A stretch of DNA of 41,832 nucleotides from an uncultured Actinomycetes bacterium (lineage in GTDB: Bacteria > Actinomycetota > Acidimicrobiia > Acidimicrobiales > RAAP-2): the NCBI GenBank assembly GCA_903826715.1, contig CAIKFN010000037.1, positions 1-41,832 on the forward strand, given 5' to 3'. The stretch's first letter is position 1. The number at the start of each line of letters is the position of its first letter. A model generated the notes under the pieces. The model was not told the origin of the DNA. It did no database searches and saw nothing but the letters and a program-made list of their open reading frames with translations. The position numbers and the translations under genes were made by a program. This document shows positions 1 to 8,717 of the stretch, piece by piece.

Positions 1-1
1 A

Positions 2-514
2 ACAGTTTCAGTTCCAAATGTTGTGGGCATGAATCCTGCACAGACGCTTGCCGCAATGAAGACAGCCTTGCTCTACTACGCAACAACTGGTCCGGGGTCG
101 AACACGGGCAAATGGTTGAGTGTTGTTTCGCAATCTCCAGCCGCTGGAACTGTTGTGAAGAGCAAGTCGAAGGTCGTATTGGTTGTTTCAACTACCTCAT
201 CTTCATCAACCACTACAACCATTATTTCAAATGCAACTACAACGACAATAAAGAAGTCAGGAACCACGACAACTATTAAGTCGATCGCACCAGTTACCAC
301 TACTACAACTGTGGCGGCTGCACTTCGACCAGTTCCAAACGTTGTAGGTATGAACTACGCACAGACTGTTGCTGCAATGCACACGGCACTGTTGTACTTC
401 ACAACTACTGGACACGGCGCAGGAACTACAACGTGGACTGCGGTCGTATCTGAAAAGCCAGGTGCAGGAACGATGGTGAAGGCAAAGTCCACCGTAATTT
501 TGACGGTTAGGTAA
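2..514 (+). CDS. PASTA-domain protein with Thr/Ser-rich linker (5' partial, begins before the window)
   Basis: The frame is open from base 2 (TVSVPNVVGMN...). Two PASTA-like repeats (VPNVVGMN...VVSQSPAAGTVV...V.LVVS and VPNVVGMN...VVSEKPGAGTMV...VILTV) are separated by a poly-Thr/Ser linker. Confidence 0.8.
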   Translation, partial: TVSVPNVVGMNPAQTLAAMKTALLYYATTGPGSNTGKWLSVVSQSPAAGTVVKSKSKVVLVVSTTSSSSTTTTIISNATTTTIKKSGTTTTIKSIAPVTTTTTVAAALRPVPNVVGMNYAQTVAAMHTALLYFTTTGHGAGTTTWTAVVSEKPGAGTMVKAKSTVILTVR

Positions 515-516
515 GT

Positions 517-807
517 ATGGCGTGCGACCTTTGCGACGCAGCAGTGGTTTCAAAGCGATACTTTGAAAACGAACTCTGCTGGATAGCAGACTGCACTATT
601 TGTGTTGTACCAATGGTGGTCTGGCGCGAGCATGACCACCAGCCTTCAGATGAAGTTAAAAAACAACTTCATGAATTCCTAGGCCAGGTCGCTGATGCGG
701 AATTCAATGGTGAAGAGTGGTACATCGATGACAACATGAGAAACATCCCAGATCACTATCACGCCCATGCCCGCCCACCAGGGTTCTGGCGCCGCGTAAT
801 AACCTGA
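517..807 (+). CDS. Small HIT-like protein with CxxC motifs
   Basis: 96 aa with N-terminal CDLC, a second CTIC and a C-terminal HYHAH (HxHxH) motif. It starts 2 nt after the upstream stop. Confidence 0.65.
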   Translation: MACDLCDAAVVSKRYFENELCWIADCTICVVPMVVWREHDHQPSDEVKKQLHEFLGQVADAEFNGEEWYIDDNMRNIPDHYHAHARPPGFWRRVIT

Positions 808-822
808 GCACACCCTTTCATC

Positions 823-847
823 AGGGAAACAAGAAATCTCGTTCCCT
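823..847 (+). terminator. Possible stem-loop terminator after the HIT-like gene
   Basis: AGGGAA(823-828)...TTCCCT(842-847) inverted repeat 15 nt after the stop codon; no U-tract. Confidence 0.3.
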
Positions 848-874
848 ATCCATACTTTGAATAAATACCTTTAT

Positions 875-943
875 TAGTCTCTGCGCATGGCTTGTCGGAG
901 CCTGAAGTCAAGTTGAACCTTCTCCAACTAAAAAAGGATATAT
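875..943 (+). promoter_or_regulatory. -10 element and structured 5' leader of the NCS1 permease (candidate RNA switch)
   Basis: TAGTCT at 875-880. The leader from ~887 has mutually exclusive stems, and an anti-SD CCTT (918-921) complementary to the SD AAGG (934-937). Confidence 0.35.
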
Positions 944-2317
944 ATGTCAGATATTGAATTTCGCCCCGGCGAATACGGTGAAAAAGTTATGGCCGTTGAA
1001 CCTGGAGGCGTTGAAGCAATTCCCGCCAAAGACCGACACGGAAAGGGAACGTCACTCTTCGCAGTGTGGGCGAGCCCAAACCTTGAGTTTGCAACTATTT
1101 ATGTAGGTGCACTTGGTGTCCTCTTCGGGCTCAGTTTCACCCAAGCTGTTATTGGCATTGTCATTGGAAACGCTCTTGGTGCGTACGCTCAGTACGTTCT
1201 TACCCAGGACGGCCCAAAGTACGGTGTTCCACAGCTCGTAGTGAGCCGGGCTGCGTTTGGAAAACTTGGAAATGTTTTCCCATCACTTGCTAACTGGTTC
1301 GCATCAGGAATTGGCTGGTTCGCAGTGAACTCTGTTTCTGGAGCATTCGCACTTGCATCACTAACGCACATGAGCAATCTGCTTTCTCTGCTCGTAGTGG
1401 TAATTGTTCAAATTGCGGTTGCCTTCATTGGCCACAACTTGGTACAAAAAGTTGAGAAGTACCTCATGCCTTATCTCGTGGTGGTATTTGGAATCACTGG
1501 AATTATTGTGCTTACAAAGAGCCACCTCGGAGGAGCCAGCCACTGGTACTTCCCAGGTGCTTGGTTGGTGTTCCTTGGTGCTGTCTACGGTTACGCCGCT
1601 GGATGGAACCCATTTGCATCTGACTACGCTCGCTACCTTCCTGCAACTGAGGATCCAAAGGTTGCTGGTCGTAGTGCTGCACTCGGACTTTTCACATCTG
1701 CTGCAATTCTCGAAATCTTCGGTGCTGCTGCAGTAACTGCTGGGATGGGCGACTACGCACACGGTAACCCTGTTGCTCAGTACACACACCTAATGCCAAC
1801 ATGGCTTGGCAAGCTTGTGCTTCTTGGCATTGTGCTTGGCTCGATCTGTGCCAACGCACTAAACATCTACTCAGGTGTTATGTCATTCCTCACAAGCGGC
1901 ATCAAGCTTGGTGCAGGACGTGCACGTGCGATTTTCACAATTGTTGTAGGTATCGCAGGATTCTTCTTGGCACATTGGGCCATGGGCAACCCTACAAACA
2001 ACCTTGAGAACTTCCTGCTCGTTATGGCGTACTGGATTGGACCATGGTTGGGTGTTATTGCTGCTGACAAGATTTTGCGTAAGGGCGCTTCAATTGAGCG
2101 CTTCCTCTTCACATCACGCGAGAACCCAGCTGGTCCTATTGCGTTCCTTCTTGCAACAGGACTTTCAATTTGGTTGTTTGCAAACCAGACGTACTACGTT
2201 GGCTACTTCCCTAAGCACAATGGAAACCTCGGAGACATTACGTTCCTCGTGGGATTCGCATTGTCATTCGTCATTTACTTTATTCTTGGCGCAAAGAAAG
2301 TTAAGTCAGAGAAGTAA
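944..2317 (+). CDS. Purine-cytosine permease (NCS1 family)
   Basis: 457 aa, ~12 hydrophobic segments. Motifs VEPGGVEAIP..DRHG, W...N, SRAAFG..G, W.PFASDYARYLP and NALNIYS. SD AAGGA upstream. Confidence 0.9.
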   Translation: MSDIEFRPGEYGEKVMAVEPGGVEAIPAKDRHGKGTSLFAVWASPNLEFATIYVGALGVLFGLSFTQAVIGIVIGNALGAYAQYVLTQDGPKYGVPQLVVSRAAFGKLGNVFPSLANWFASGIGWFAVNSVSGAFALASLTHMSNLLSLLVVVIVQIAVAFIGHNLVQKVEKYLMPYLVVVFGITGIIVLTKSHLGGASHWYFPGAWLVFLGAVYGYAAGWNPFASDYARYLPATEDPKVAGRSAALGLFTSAAILEIFGAAAVTAGMGDYAHGNPVAQYTHLMPTWLGKLVLLGIVLGSICANALNIYSGVMSFLTSGIKLGAGRARAIFTIVVGIAGFFLAHWAMGNPTNNLENFLLVMAYWIGPWLGVIAADKILRKGASIERFLFTSRENPAGPIAFLLATGLSIWLFANQTYYVGYFPKHNGNLGDITFLVGFALSFVIYFILGAKKVKSEK

Positions 2318-2334
2318 ACCTTTTTATTCAAAAT

Positions 2335-2363
2335 GGCCAGGCAGATATCTGCCTGGCCTTTTT
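2335..2363 (+). terminator. Intrinsic terminator
   Basis: Perfect 24-nt palindrome GGCCAGGCAGATATCTGCCTGGCC (2335-2358) followed by TTTTT, 17 nt after the permease stop. Confidence 0.85.
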
Positions 2364-2420
2364 GTATTTACGCCTTGATGCAGTCGTTAGAATTGACCTA
2401 CTGATTAGTAGGGGAGATTA

Positions 2421-4028
2421 ATGACTGAGTTTGAGGACGACAAACGCCTCAACCGTCAAGACCCTGAGGGGCTCTTGAGCTCATTCACTGATCCCGGCGC
2501 TGAAGCAATGGGTGCCATGGGTACCGAAGCTGGGTCTGATCTCAACTGGTTCATGATGCTTCGTGAGCGAGTGCAAGAACACGCTGCAAAGTCAAGTAAG
2601 TATTCGTGGTGGGTGCTTTGGTCATTACTCGCCGGGCTTTTCGCTCTCAACTTCACATTTACGGTATTTATTGTTGCGTTGCCAAAAGTTGCATCTGAAT
2701 TTCACACCAGCATCGGTGTGCTTTCGTGGACCATGATTGGTCCGCTACTTGCGTATGGACTTGCAGCGCCTCTCTTTGGAAAGACTGGCGACATCTTCGG
2801 GCACCGTCGCCTCTACCTATTTGGATTAATAGGTGCAATGGTCTCTGCAATTTTGACGGCACTTTCTCACAATGTCGACATGTTGTTGCTCGCTCGAACA
2901 CTCGATGGAATCCAAGGCGCCGCAACTGGCACTGCATCAGGTGCACTCATCAACAGAGTCTTTCGACCAGATGAAAGAGTGAAGGCACTCGGATGGTGGT
3001 CACTCATTGGAGCTGGTGGGCCTGTGATTGGAGTCTCTCTTGGAAGTCCGATCATCGCTGCATTTGGATGGCGCTCACTTTTCTGGTTCCAATTCATTTT
3101 GATTGCAGCCGCATTTTGTGTGGTTACTTTTGTTCTGCCAAAGCAGCGTGGTGATGCTCCAGAGACGCTTGAGCAAAAGGCAAAGGCACGAAAAGAATTC
3201 AAACAAACTGACTGGCTTGGATCTTGGTCTTTATCCTTTTCAATCACCGCACTTATGCTTGGGCTGTCGCTTGGACCGATTAAGGGCTGGACATCTTCGC
3301 TAACGATTAGTGGATTTATTATTGCAACCATTCTCATGGTGTTTTTTGTCTACCGACTTAATCATGCTCCGCACCCGCTCATCCCTGCAAAGTATTTCAA
3401 GCGGAGAAATTTCGCCTTTCCAATTGTGATTCGTGCGTGCTGCAACTTTGCGTACTTCGGCGCATTCTTTCTCTTTCCGCTGCTGATGGAACAGGGCTAC
3501 GGATACTCGGTCCCACAAGTTGGGGGACTCTCAATTGCAAGACCGATTACATTCGCAATTTGTTCACCAATCGCCGGATACGTTGCAATCAAGATTGGTG
3601 AACGTAGGAGTGCGGTGGGTGGTGCGTTCTTTCTAACGCTGTCACTCACAATGTTCTCGTTCCTTCACCCATCCACCAGCGCGTGGGTAATTGCAATTGC
3701 GCTTGCGTTGTCGGGACTCGGAATGGGTACTGCAATGCCTTCAAGTTCTGCGGTCATGGCAAACGAAGTAAAGCAGTCGGAATTCGGCGTCATGAGCGCG
3801 GCGCAAATGTTGGCCGTCCAAGTGGGAGAGGTCGCTGGTATTGAAGTTCTCGAAACTGTGCAGCAGGGTCTCGTCCACAGTCGCCACTTAACTGGCGCGA
3901 GCCCGGGGCCGTCTTTGCTGGCGACGTTTCATCTGCCGTTCCTAATTGGTGCAATTGTCGGGGGCTTTGGGCTCATTGCGGCGTTGTTTATTAGTGACGT
4001 CCCAAGAGATAAGCCCAAACTGAAGTAG
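2421..4028 (+). CDS. MFS transporter, DHA2/EmrB-like (14 TMS)
   Basis: MFS motif A variant GKTGDIFGHRR, LARTLDGIQGA, GPVIG..LG and GWRSLFW. SD GGGGAG upstream. Confidence 0.85.
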   Translation: MTEFEDDKRLNRQDPEGLLSSFTDPGAEAMGAMGTEAGSDLNWFMMLRERVQEHAAKSSKYSWWVLWSLLAGLFALNFTFTVFIVALPKVASEFHTSIGVLSWTMIGPLLAYGLAAPLFGKTGDIFGHRRLYLFGLIGAMVSAILTALSHNVDMLLLARTLDGIQGAATGTASGALINRVFRPDERVKALGWWSLIGAGGPVIGVSLGSPIIAAFGWRSLFWFQFILIAAAFCVVTFVLPKQRGDAPETLEQKAKARKEFKQTDWLGSWSLSFSITALMLGLSLGPIKGWTSSLTISGFIIATILMVFFVYRLNHAPHPLIPAKYFKRRNFAFPIVIRACCNFAYFGAFFLFPLLMEQGYGYSVPQVGGLSIARPITFAICSPIAGYVAIKIGERRSAVGGAFFLTLSLTMFSFLHPSTSAWVIAIALALSGLGMGTAMPSSSAVMANEVKQSEFGVMSAAQMLAVQVGEVAGIEVLETVQQGLVHSRHLTGASPGPSLLATFHLPFLIGAIVGGFGLIAALFISDVPRDKPKLK

Positions 4029-4054
4029 TTGGCTGCCGGGTAGTCTTTATACCT

Positions 4055-4804
4055 ATGAGCACGCAAATTCACCCCGGATGTGAGTCATTTTCAGCCCAAG
4101 GATCTCGTCAAGGAGTTCTAGTACTTCACGGTTATGGCGGGTCTCCTGAATCAGTTATTTCAGTCGCAAAGATCTGCGCCGGCGCAGGTTTCACCGTTGA
4201 GTGCCCGCGTCTACCTGGACACGGAACTTCAATTGAAGACATGCTCAACTACGGCTTTAGCGACTGGGAAAAAACTTACACAGATGCCCTCAACGATTTG
4301 AAGTCACGTTGTGACGAGGTAATCATCTTTGGCCTCTCCTTTGGTGGATTCATGACGGCATACTTGGCACAGCGCAATCCCGATGTAAAGGCATTGGTTT
4401 TTGTCAATCCATGGATTATTCCTCACGATGCTTCTCTCGTTGAGCTCGCGAAGGGTGCTGTAGATGGTGGAGTCTTCACAATGGAGAGCATGGTCACTGA
4501 CCCTCGAGTTCCAGATGGCATTGAGTTCGGATACGCAGAAACAAACATCAAGGGCTTTGTAGAAATTTCTGAACTCATTCCTACCGTGTTAGACGTTTCG
4601 AAAATTAAAGTTCCTGCACTTTTGTTCTCAAGTCGTGAGGACTACACCTTGCCAGTTGCTAATGGCGACACCCTTGTTGCAAACTACGGTGGAAAAATCG
4701 AGCGTATCTGGATGGAAAATTCATCACACGTTGCAACTATGGATGTTGACAAAGACTTGATTGAGTCAAAGACCCTTGAGTTTCTTAAGCAGGTTTTTGC
4801 GTGA
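4055..4804 (+). CDS. Alpha/beta-hydrolase, carboxylesterase/monoacylglycerol lipase type
   Basis: LHGYGGSP, LPGHG, nucleophile elbow GLSFG, acid in SREDY and His in SSHV. Confidence 0.85.
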   Translation: MSTQIHPGCESFSAQGSRQGVLVLHGYGGSPESVISVAKICAGAGFTVECPRLPGHGTSIEDMLNYGFSDWEKTYTDALNDLKSRCDEVIIFGLSFGGFMTAYLAQRNPDVKALVFVNPWIIPHDASLVELAKGAVDGGVFTMESMVTDPRVPDGIEFGYAETNIKGFVEISELIPTVLDVSKIKVPALLFSSREDYTLPVANGDTLVANYGGKIERIWMENSSHVATMDVDKDLIESKTLEFLKQVFA

Positions 4805-5103
4805 GCCCATCGTTAAGTCGCGACGACGTCGCGAAAGTAGCAAAGCTCGCTCGACTTCGACTTACTGAGGAAGAACTCACGACGTTCACTGGCCAGCTCA
4901 GTGGCGTTTTAGAACACGCTAACGACATGAATTCGCTGGACCTCAGTGCGCTGCAGCCAACTTCGAATCCGTTTGGGCTAACGAACGTAACTAGAGAAGA
5001 CGTGATTTGGAAGAGTCTTGACCGAGACGCAGTGCTTGCTGAAGCTCCAGACGCACAAGACGGAAGATTTGCAGTTCCGCGGATCCTCGGAGAAGCGCCG
5101 TGA
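4801..5103 (+). CDS. gatC: Asp/Glu-tRNA amidotransferase subunit C
   Basis: VAKLARL, REDV and FAVPRIL motifs. It overlaps gatA by GTGA. Confidence 0.95.
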   Translation: MSPSLSRDDVAKVAKLARLRLTEEELTTFTGQLSGVLEHANDMNSLDLSALQPTSNPFGLTNVTREDVIWKSLDRDAVLAEAPDAQDGRFAVPRILGEAP

Positions 5104-6521
5104 AGACGGCCGTTGAAATTGCTAATGATGTTCAGACTGGCGCAACAACTGCAGTTGCGCAGTTGGATGCTGCGTATGTTGCTATTGAAGCACGTAATGC
5201 TGAATTAAACGTTTTCCTGCACCTTGACAAAGAAGGCGCCCGTAAAATTGCGCAGGCTATTGACGCTCGAGTAGCGGCCGGTGAAAACATTGGTCCACTG
5301 GCGGGTGTACCAATCGCCATTAAAGACAACCTTTGTCAGACGGGCATTCCTACAACGTGCTCATCAAAAATTCTCGAAGGCTGGAAGCCACCATATAACG
5401 CGACTGTAATTGACCGCTTAGTAGCTGCAGGCGCTGTTCCAGTTGGTAAAACAAACCTTGATGAATTCGCCATGGGATCGTCAACGGAGAACTCTGCGTT
5501 TGGGCCTACGCGCAACCCACTAGACCCATCACGAGTCCCAGGTGGTTCAAGTGGTGGATCTGCAGCAGCTGTTGCAGGTGACATGACATCAATCTCACTC
5601 GGTTCTGACACTGGGGGATCTATTCGCCAGCCGGCTGCGTTCTGTGGCATTGTTGGAATGAAACCAACGTACGGCCTTGTTTCTCGTTACGGACTAATTG
5701 CGTTCGCGAGCTCACTCGACCAGATTGGTCCATTCTCTAAGACGGTAATGGACTCTGCAGTACTTCTTGAAGCAATCGCAGGCCATGACCCGCTTGACTC
5801 AACGTCACTCCCTGAGCCTTCACCTTCGCTCGTGAGCCATGTGAATGATGGGGTAGCGGGAAAGCGCATTGGCCTCGTGAAAGAGCTCTACGAAGGAGCT
5901 GACGAAAGTGTCATCAACGCCGTGATGGGTGCCGTTGCAGCGCTTAAAGAAGCTGGTGCGCAAATTGTTGAACTTTCGATTCCAGAACTTCGACTTGGTC
6001 TCAGTGCGTATTACCTCATTGCCCCTGCAGAAGCCTCTTCAAACCTTGCTCGATTCGATGGCGTGAGATTTGGTCTTCGCGTTGACGCAGAAGACGTAAC
6101 CGCAATGATGGAAGCAACTCGAACTGCAGGATTTGGCGCTGAAGTGAAGCGTCGCATCATGCTTGGAACATATGCCCTTAGCGCTGGTTACTACGACGCT
6201 TATTACGGACAGGCGCTTAAGGTTCGCACATTAACTATCAATGCATTCCAGAAGGCCTACGCTCAGGTTGACATGCTCATTGGCGCTACAACGCCTGGTG
6301 TTGCGTTTAAGTTCGGCGCTAAGTCTGACCCTATGGAGATGTATCTAAACGACGTGTTCACTATTCCTACCAACCTTGCAGGCGACCCTGCGGTGTCTGT
6401 CTCATTTGGAAAAGGCGAAGAAAATCTTCCTATCGGTGTTCAGTTGCTTGGACCGGGTAGAAGTGAGGCATCTCTCTATGCAGCAGCACGAGTTCTAGAG
6501 ATTGCGGATGGTAGGTCATGA
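5100..6521 (+). CDS. gatA: Asp/Glu-tRNA amidotransferase subunit A
   Basis: IKDN, KTNLDEFAMGSSTENS, GGSSGGS, SDTGGSIRQPA, EASSNLARFDG and RRIMLGTYALS. Confidence 0.97.
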   Translation: MKTAVEIANDVQTGATTAVAQLDAAYVAIEARNAELNVFLHLDKEGARKIAQAIDARVAAGENIGPLAGVPIAIKDNLCQTGIPTTCSSKILEGWKPPYNATVIDRLVAAGAVPVGKTNLDEFAMGSSTENSAFGPTRNPLDPSRVPGGSSGGSAAAVAGDMTSISLGSDTGGSIRQPAAFCGIVGMKPTYGLVSRYGLIAFASSLDQIGPFSKTVMDSAVLLEAIAGHDPLDSTSLPEPSPSLVSHVNDGVAGKRIGLVKELYEGADESVINAVMGAVAALKEAGAQIVELSIPELRLGLSAYYLIAPAEASSNLARFDGVRFGLRVDAEDVTAMMEATRTAGFGAEVKRRIMLGTYALSAGYYDAYYGQALKVRTLTINAFQKAYAQVDMLIGATTPGVAFKFGAKSDPMEMYLNDVFTIPTNLAGDPAVSVSFGKGEENLPIGVQLLGPGRSEASLYAAARVLEIADGRS

Positions 6522-7945
6522 CGTTGCCTGAAGGATGGGAATTAGTTGTAGGAATGGAAGTTCACACTGAACTCCTGACTAAGTCAAAGTTGTTCTGTGG
6601 TTGCGAGAATCACTTTGGATCTGAGCCGAACACGAACATCTGCCCAATCTGCTTGGGTCTTCCTGGATCACTTCCTGTACTCAACAAGGACGCAGTGGAG
6701 CTAGCAATGCGCATTGGTATGGCGCTCAACTGCACAATTGCTCCGAGCACCTTTCACCGAAAGAACTATTTTTACCCTGACCAGTCCAAGGACTATCAAA
6801 TCAGTCAGTACGACCTTCCGATTAACTCAAATGGATACCTCAACTTGCCTGACGGTTCGCAGGTAACGATTGAGCGCGCTCACATGGAAGAAGACACTGG
6901 AAAGTCAACTCACCTTGGTGGATCAGGACGCCTTGCAGGCGCTGATCGTTCACTTGTTGACTACAACCGGTGTGGTGTTCCACTTGTAGAAATTGTTTCT
7001 GGTCCTGACATCAGGTCTTCAGAACAAGCTCGTGCGTATGCTTCTGAGCTTCGCGGAATTCTGATTGCAACTGGAGCTTCTGACGGCCGACTTGAAGAAG
7101 GATCAATGCGCTTTGATGCCAACGTGTCGGTTCGAAAGACCGGTGACCCGCTCGGAACTCGTTGTGAAATTAAAAACCTGAACTCGCTTCGTTCTCTTCA
7201 GCGCGCTATTGACTATGAAGCAGCTCGTCAGGTCGAACTCATTCTTGATGGCGGAACTGTTCGTCAAGAAACACGCCACTGGGATGAAGGTCTCGGCGAA
7301 ACTTCAACGCTTCGTGTGAAAGAAGACGCCGAGGACTATCGCTACTTCCGCGAACCAGATCTCACCGAACTCGTTCCAGATCAGCCGTGGCAAGACCGCG
7401 TTCGCGCAGCGTTGCCACCCATGCCAGCTGCTCGCAGAGCGAAGTTACTGGAACGTATTCCAAGCGCTACTAAAGCGCAAGAAGACGCCGTTGTTGTAGT
7501 TATTGATCTTGACCTCGAACATTTTGTAAATGCTGCAGCAGATGGTGGCGCAGAGATTTCAATCGCAGTTTCTCGTGCTGCGAACGAGCTCGCTGCAGGA
7601 ATTGACACTCTCAGTAACCTCACAACTGATGCCTTCACGCAGACAGTACTAATGGAAAGCAAGGGCGAGCTTTCTGCGACACAATCGAAGGTTGTGCTTG
7701 GCGAGCTTTTGGCAAACGGGGGAGACCCGAAGAAGATTGCCGCCGAAAAAGGTTTTGAACAAATGTCGAGCGACTCACTTGGCGCGACAATTGACGAATT
7801 AATCGCGAAGAATCCTGATGAGTGGCAGCGCTACAAAGATGGTGACGACAAGTTGTCACAGTTCTTCGTTGGCCAGGCCATGAAAGTCACACAAGGCAAA
7901 GCAAACGGGAAAGCCGTTATTGCCGAGTTGCAGCTCCGTAAGTAA
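6518..7945 (+). CDS. gatB: Asp/Glu-tRNA amidotransferase subunit B
   Basis: GMEVH, CLGLPGSLP, RKNYFYPD, HMEEDTGK, EIKNLNS, DYRYFREPD and a C-terminal YqeY-like domain. Confidence 0.97.
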   Translation: MTLPEGWELVVGMEVHTELLTKSKLFCGCENHFGSEPNTNICPICLGLPGSLPVLNKDAVELAMRIGMALNCTIAPSTFHRKNYFYPDQSKDYQISQYDLPINSNGYLNLPDGSQVTIERAHMEEDTGKSTHLGGSGRLAGADRSLVDYNRCGVPLVEIVSGPDIRSSEQARAYASELRGILIATGASDGRLEEGSMRFDANVSVRKTGDPLGTRCEIKNLNSLRSLQRAIDYEAARQVELILDGGTVRQETRHWDEGLGETSTLRVKEDAEDYRYFREPDLTELVPDQPWQDRVRAALPPMPAARRAKLLERIPSATKAQEDAVVVVIDLDLEHFVNAAADGGAEISIAVSRAANELAAGIDTLSNLTTDAFTQTVLMESKGELSATQSKVVLGELLANGGDPKKIAAEKGFEQMSSDSLGATIDELIAKNPDEWQRYKDGDDKLSQFFVGQAMKVTQGKANGKAVIAELQLRK

Positions 7946-7960
7946 TTTTTCGTTCGAGTT

Positions 7961-8620
7961 TTACTCAAGCCCAGAAAGCGCAATTGCTCTAATCCATGCA
8001 CCGTCACTTGCCCCAAGCTTTATGGGCAGTAGCGATACGAATGGCGTTTCCTCATTTACGTTTCTCATATTTGTAAGGTTCTCAGCGATAATCCCGTTTT
8101 CCTTTGACCAGAGATAGTGATTTTCAAGTGTCGCATCTTTAGGATTTTCTGGAGTTCTGTCTAGCGACAAAAAGTCCAGTGCGATTGTTGTAATCCCGAG
8201 CCCAAGAAGGTAACGCAGAGACTCAAGCGTGGGGTACGGGTGAGCTAAATAGTGCTCGCTCCCATAATGATCTGACCAGTCAGTCCGTACAAGAACTATT
8301 GAGCAGTCGTTGTATGAAGCACTAGTAAAGCATTCGTGAGGTATCTCACTTCGTGGTGCTAGGTCTGTTGCATTAACTATGCATGCGCGTCCTACAAATC
8401 GAGATAGATCTAATTTGTCCAAAGTTGCTAGTTCATTTAATACATGAAACGGTGAGTCGAGGTGAGTTCCTGACTGAGATCCAAGGTGAAGCGACAGCAC
8501 ATTCACACCGTGATCATCAACATTTAGTGCAGATTCAATAACTACTTCAGGGTCACCGGGGTACACCTGCATACCGTTTTTTACTTCATGGCTTAAGTCG
8601 ACGATTTTCATTTGGCTCAT
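7961..8620 (-). CDS. Cyclase family (kynurenine formamidase-like) metal-dependent hydrolase
   Basis: IVDLSH, YPGDP, QSGTHLDSP (HxGTHxD variant), D.LSLD, H...ENL and DGAW.RA. Confidence 0.85.
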   Translation of the reverse strand: MSQMKIVDLSHEVKNGMQVYPGDPEVVIESALNVDDHGVNVLSLHLGSQSGTHLDSPFHVLNELATLDKLDLSRFVGRACIVNATDLAPRSEIPHECFTSASYNDCSIVLVRTDWSDHYGSEHYLAHPYPTLESLRYLLGLGITTIALDFLSLDRTPENPKDATLENHYLWSKENGIIAENLTNMRNVNEETPFVSLLPIKLGASDGAWIRAIALSGLE

Positions 8621-8717
8621 ATCTACTGATACTCATTGGTAACTATCTACGACAATAAGTGTTTTTTAGGTGCATTTCGGATAGCGTTTCTTGAGAGCAA
8701 TAATTAGGGGGATTAAA

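Noticed and set aside
891-912. CTTGTCGGAG...CAAG resembles the P1/P2 start of a TPP riboswitch ahead of an NCS1 permease
   Set aside because: The conserved CUGAGA, CCUGA...AAU and GCGNAGG elements are absent, and the leader is too short.
8621-8717. Possible guanidine riboswitch ahead of the permease-ureohydrolase operon
   Set aside because: I saw no ykkC, twin ACGR-loop hairpin or ykkC-III pattern in this short AT-rich gap.
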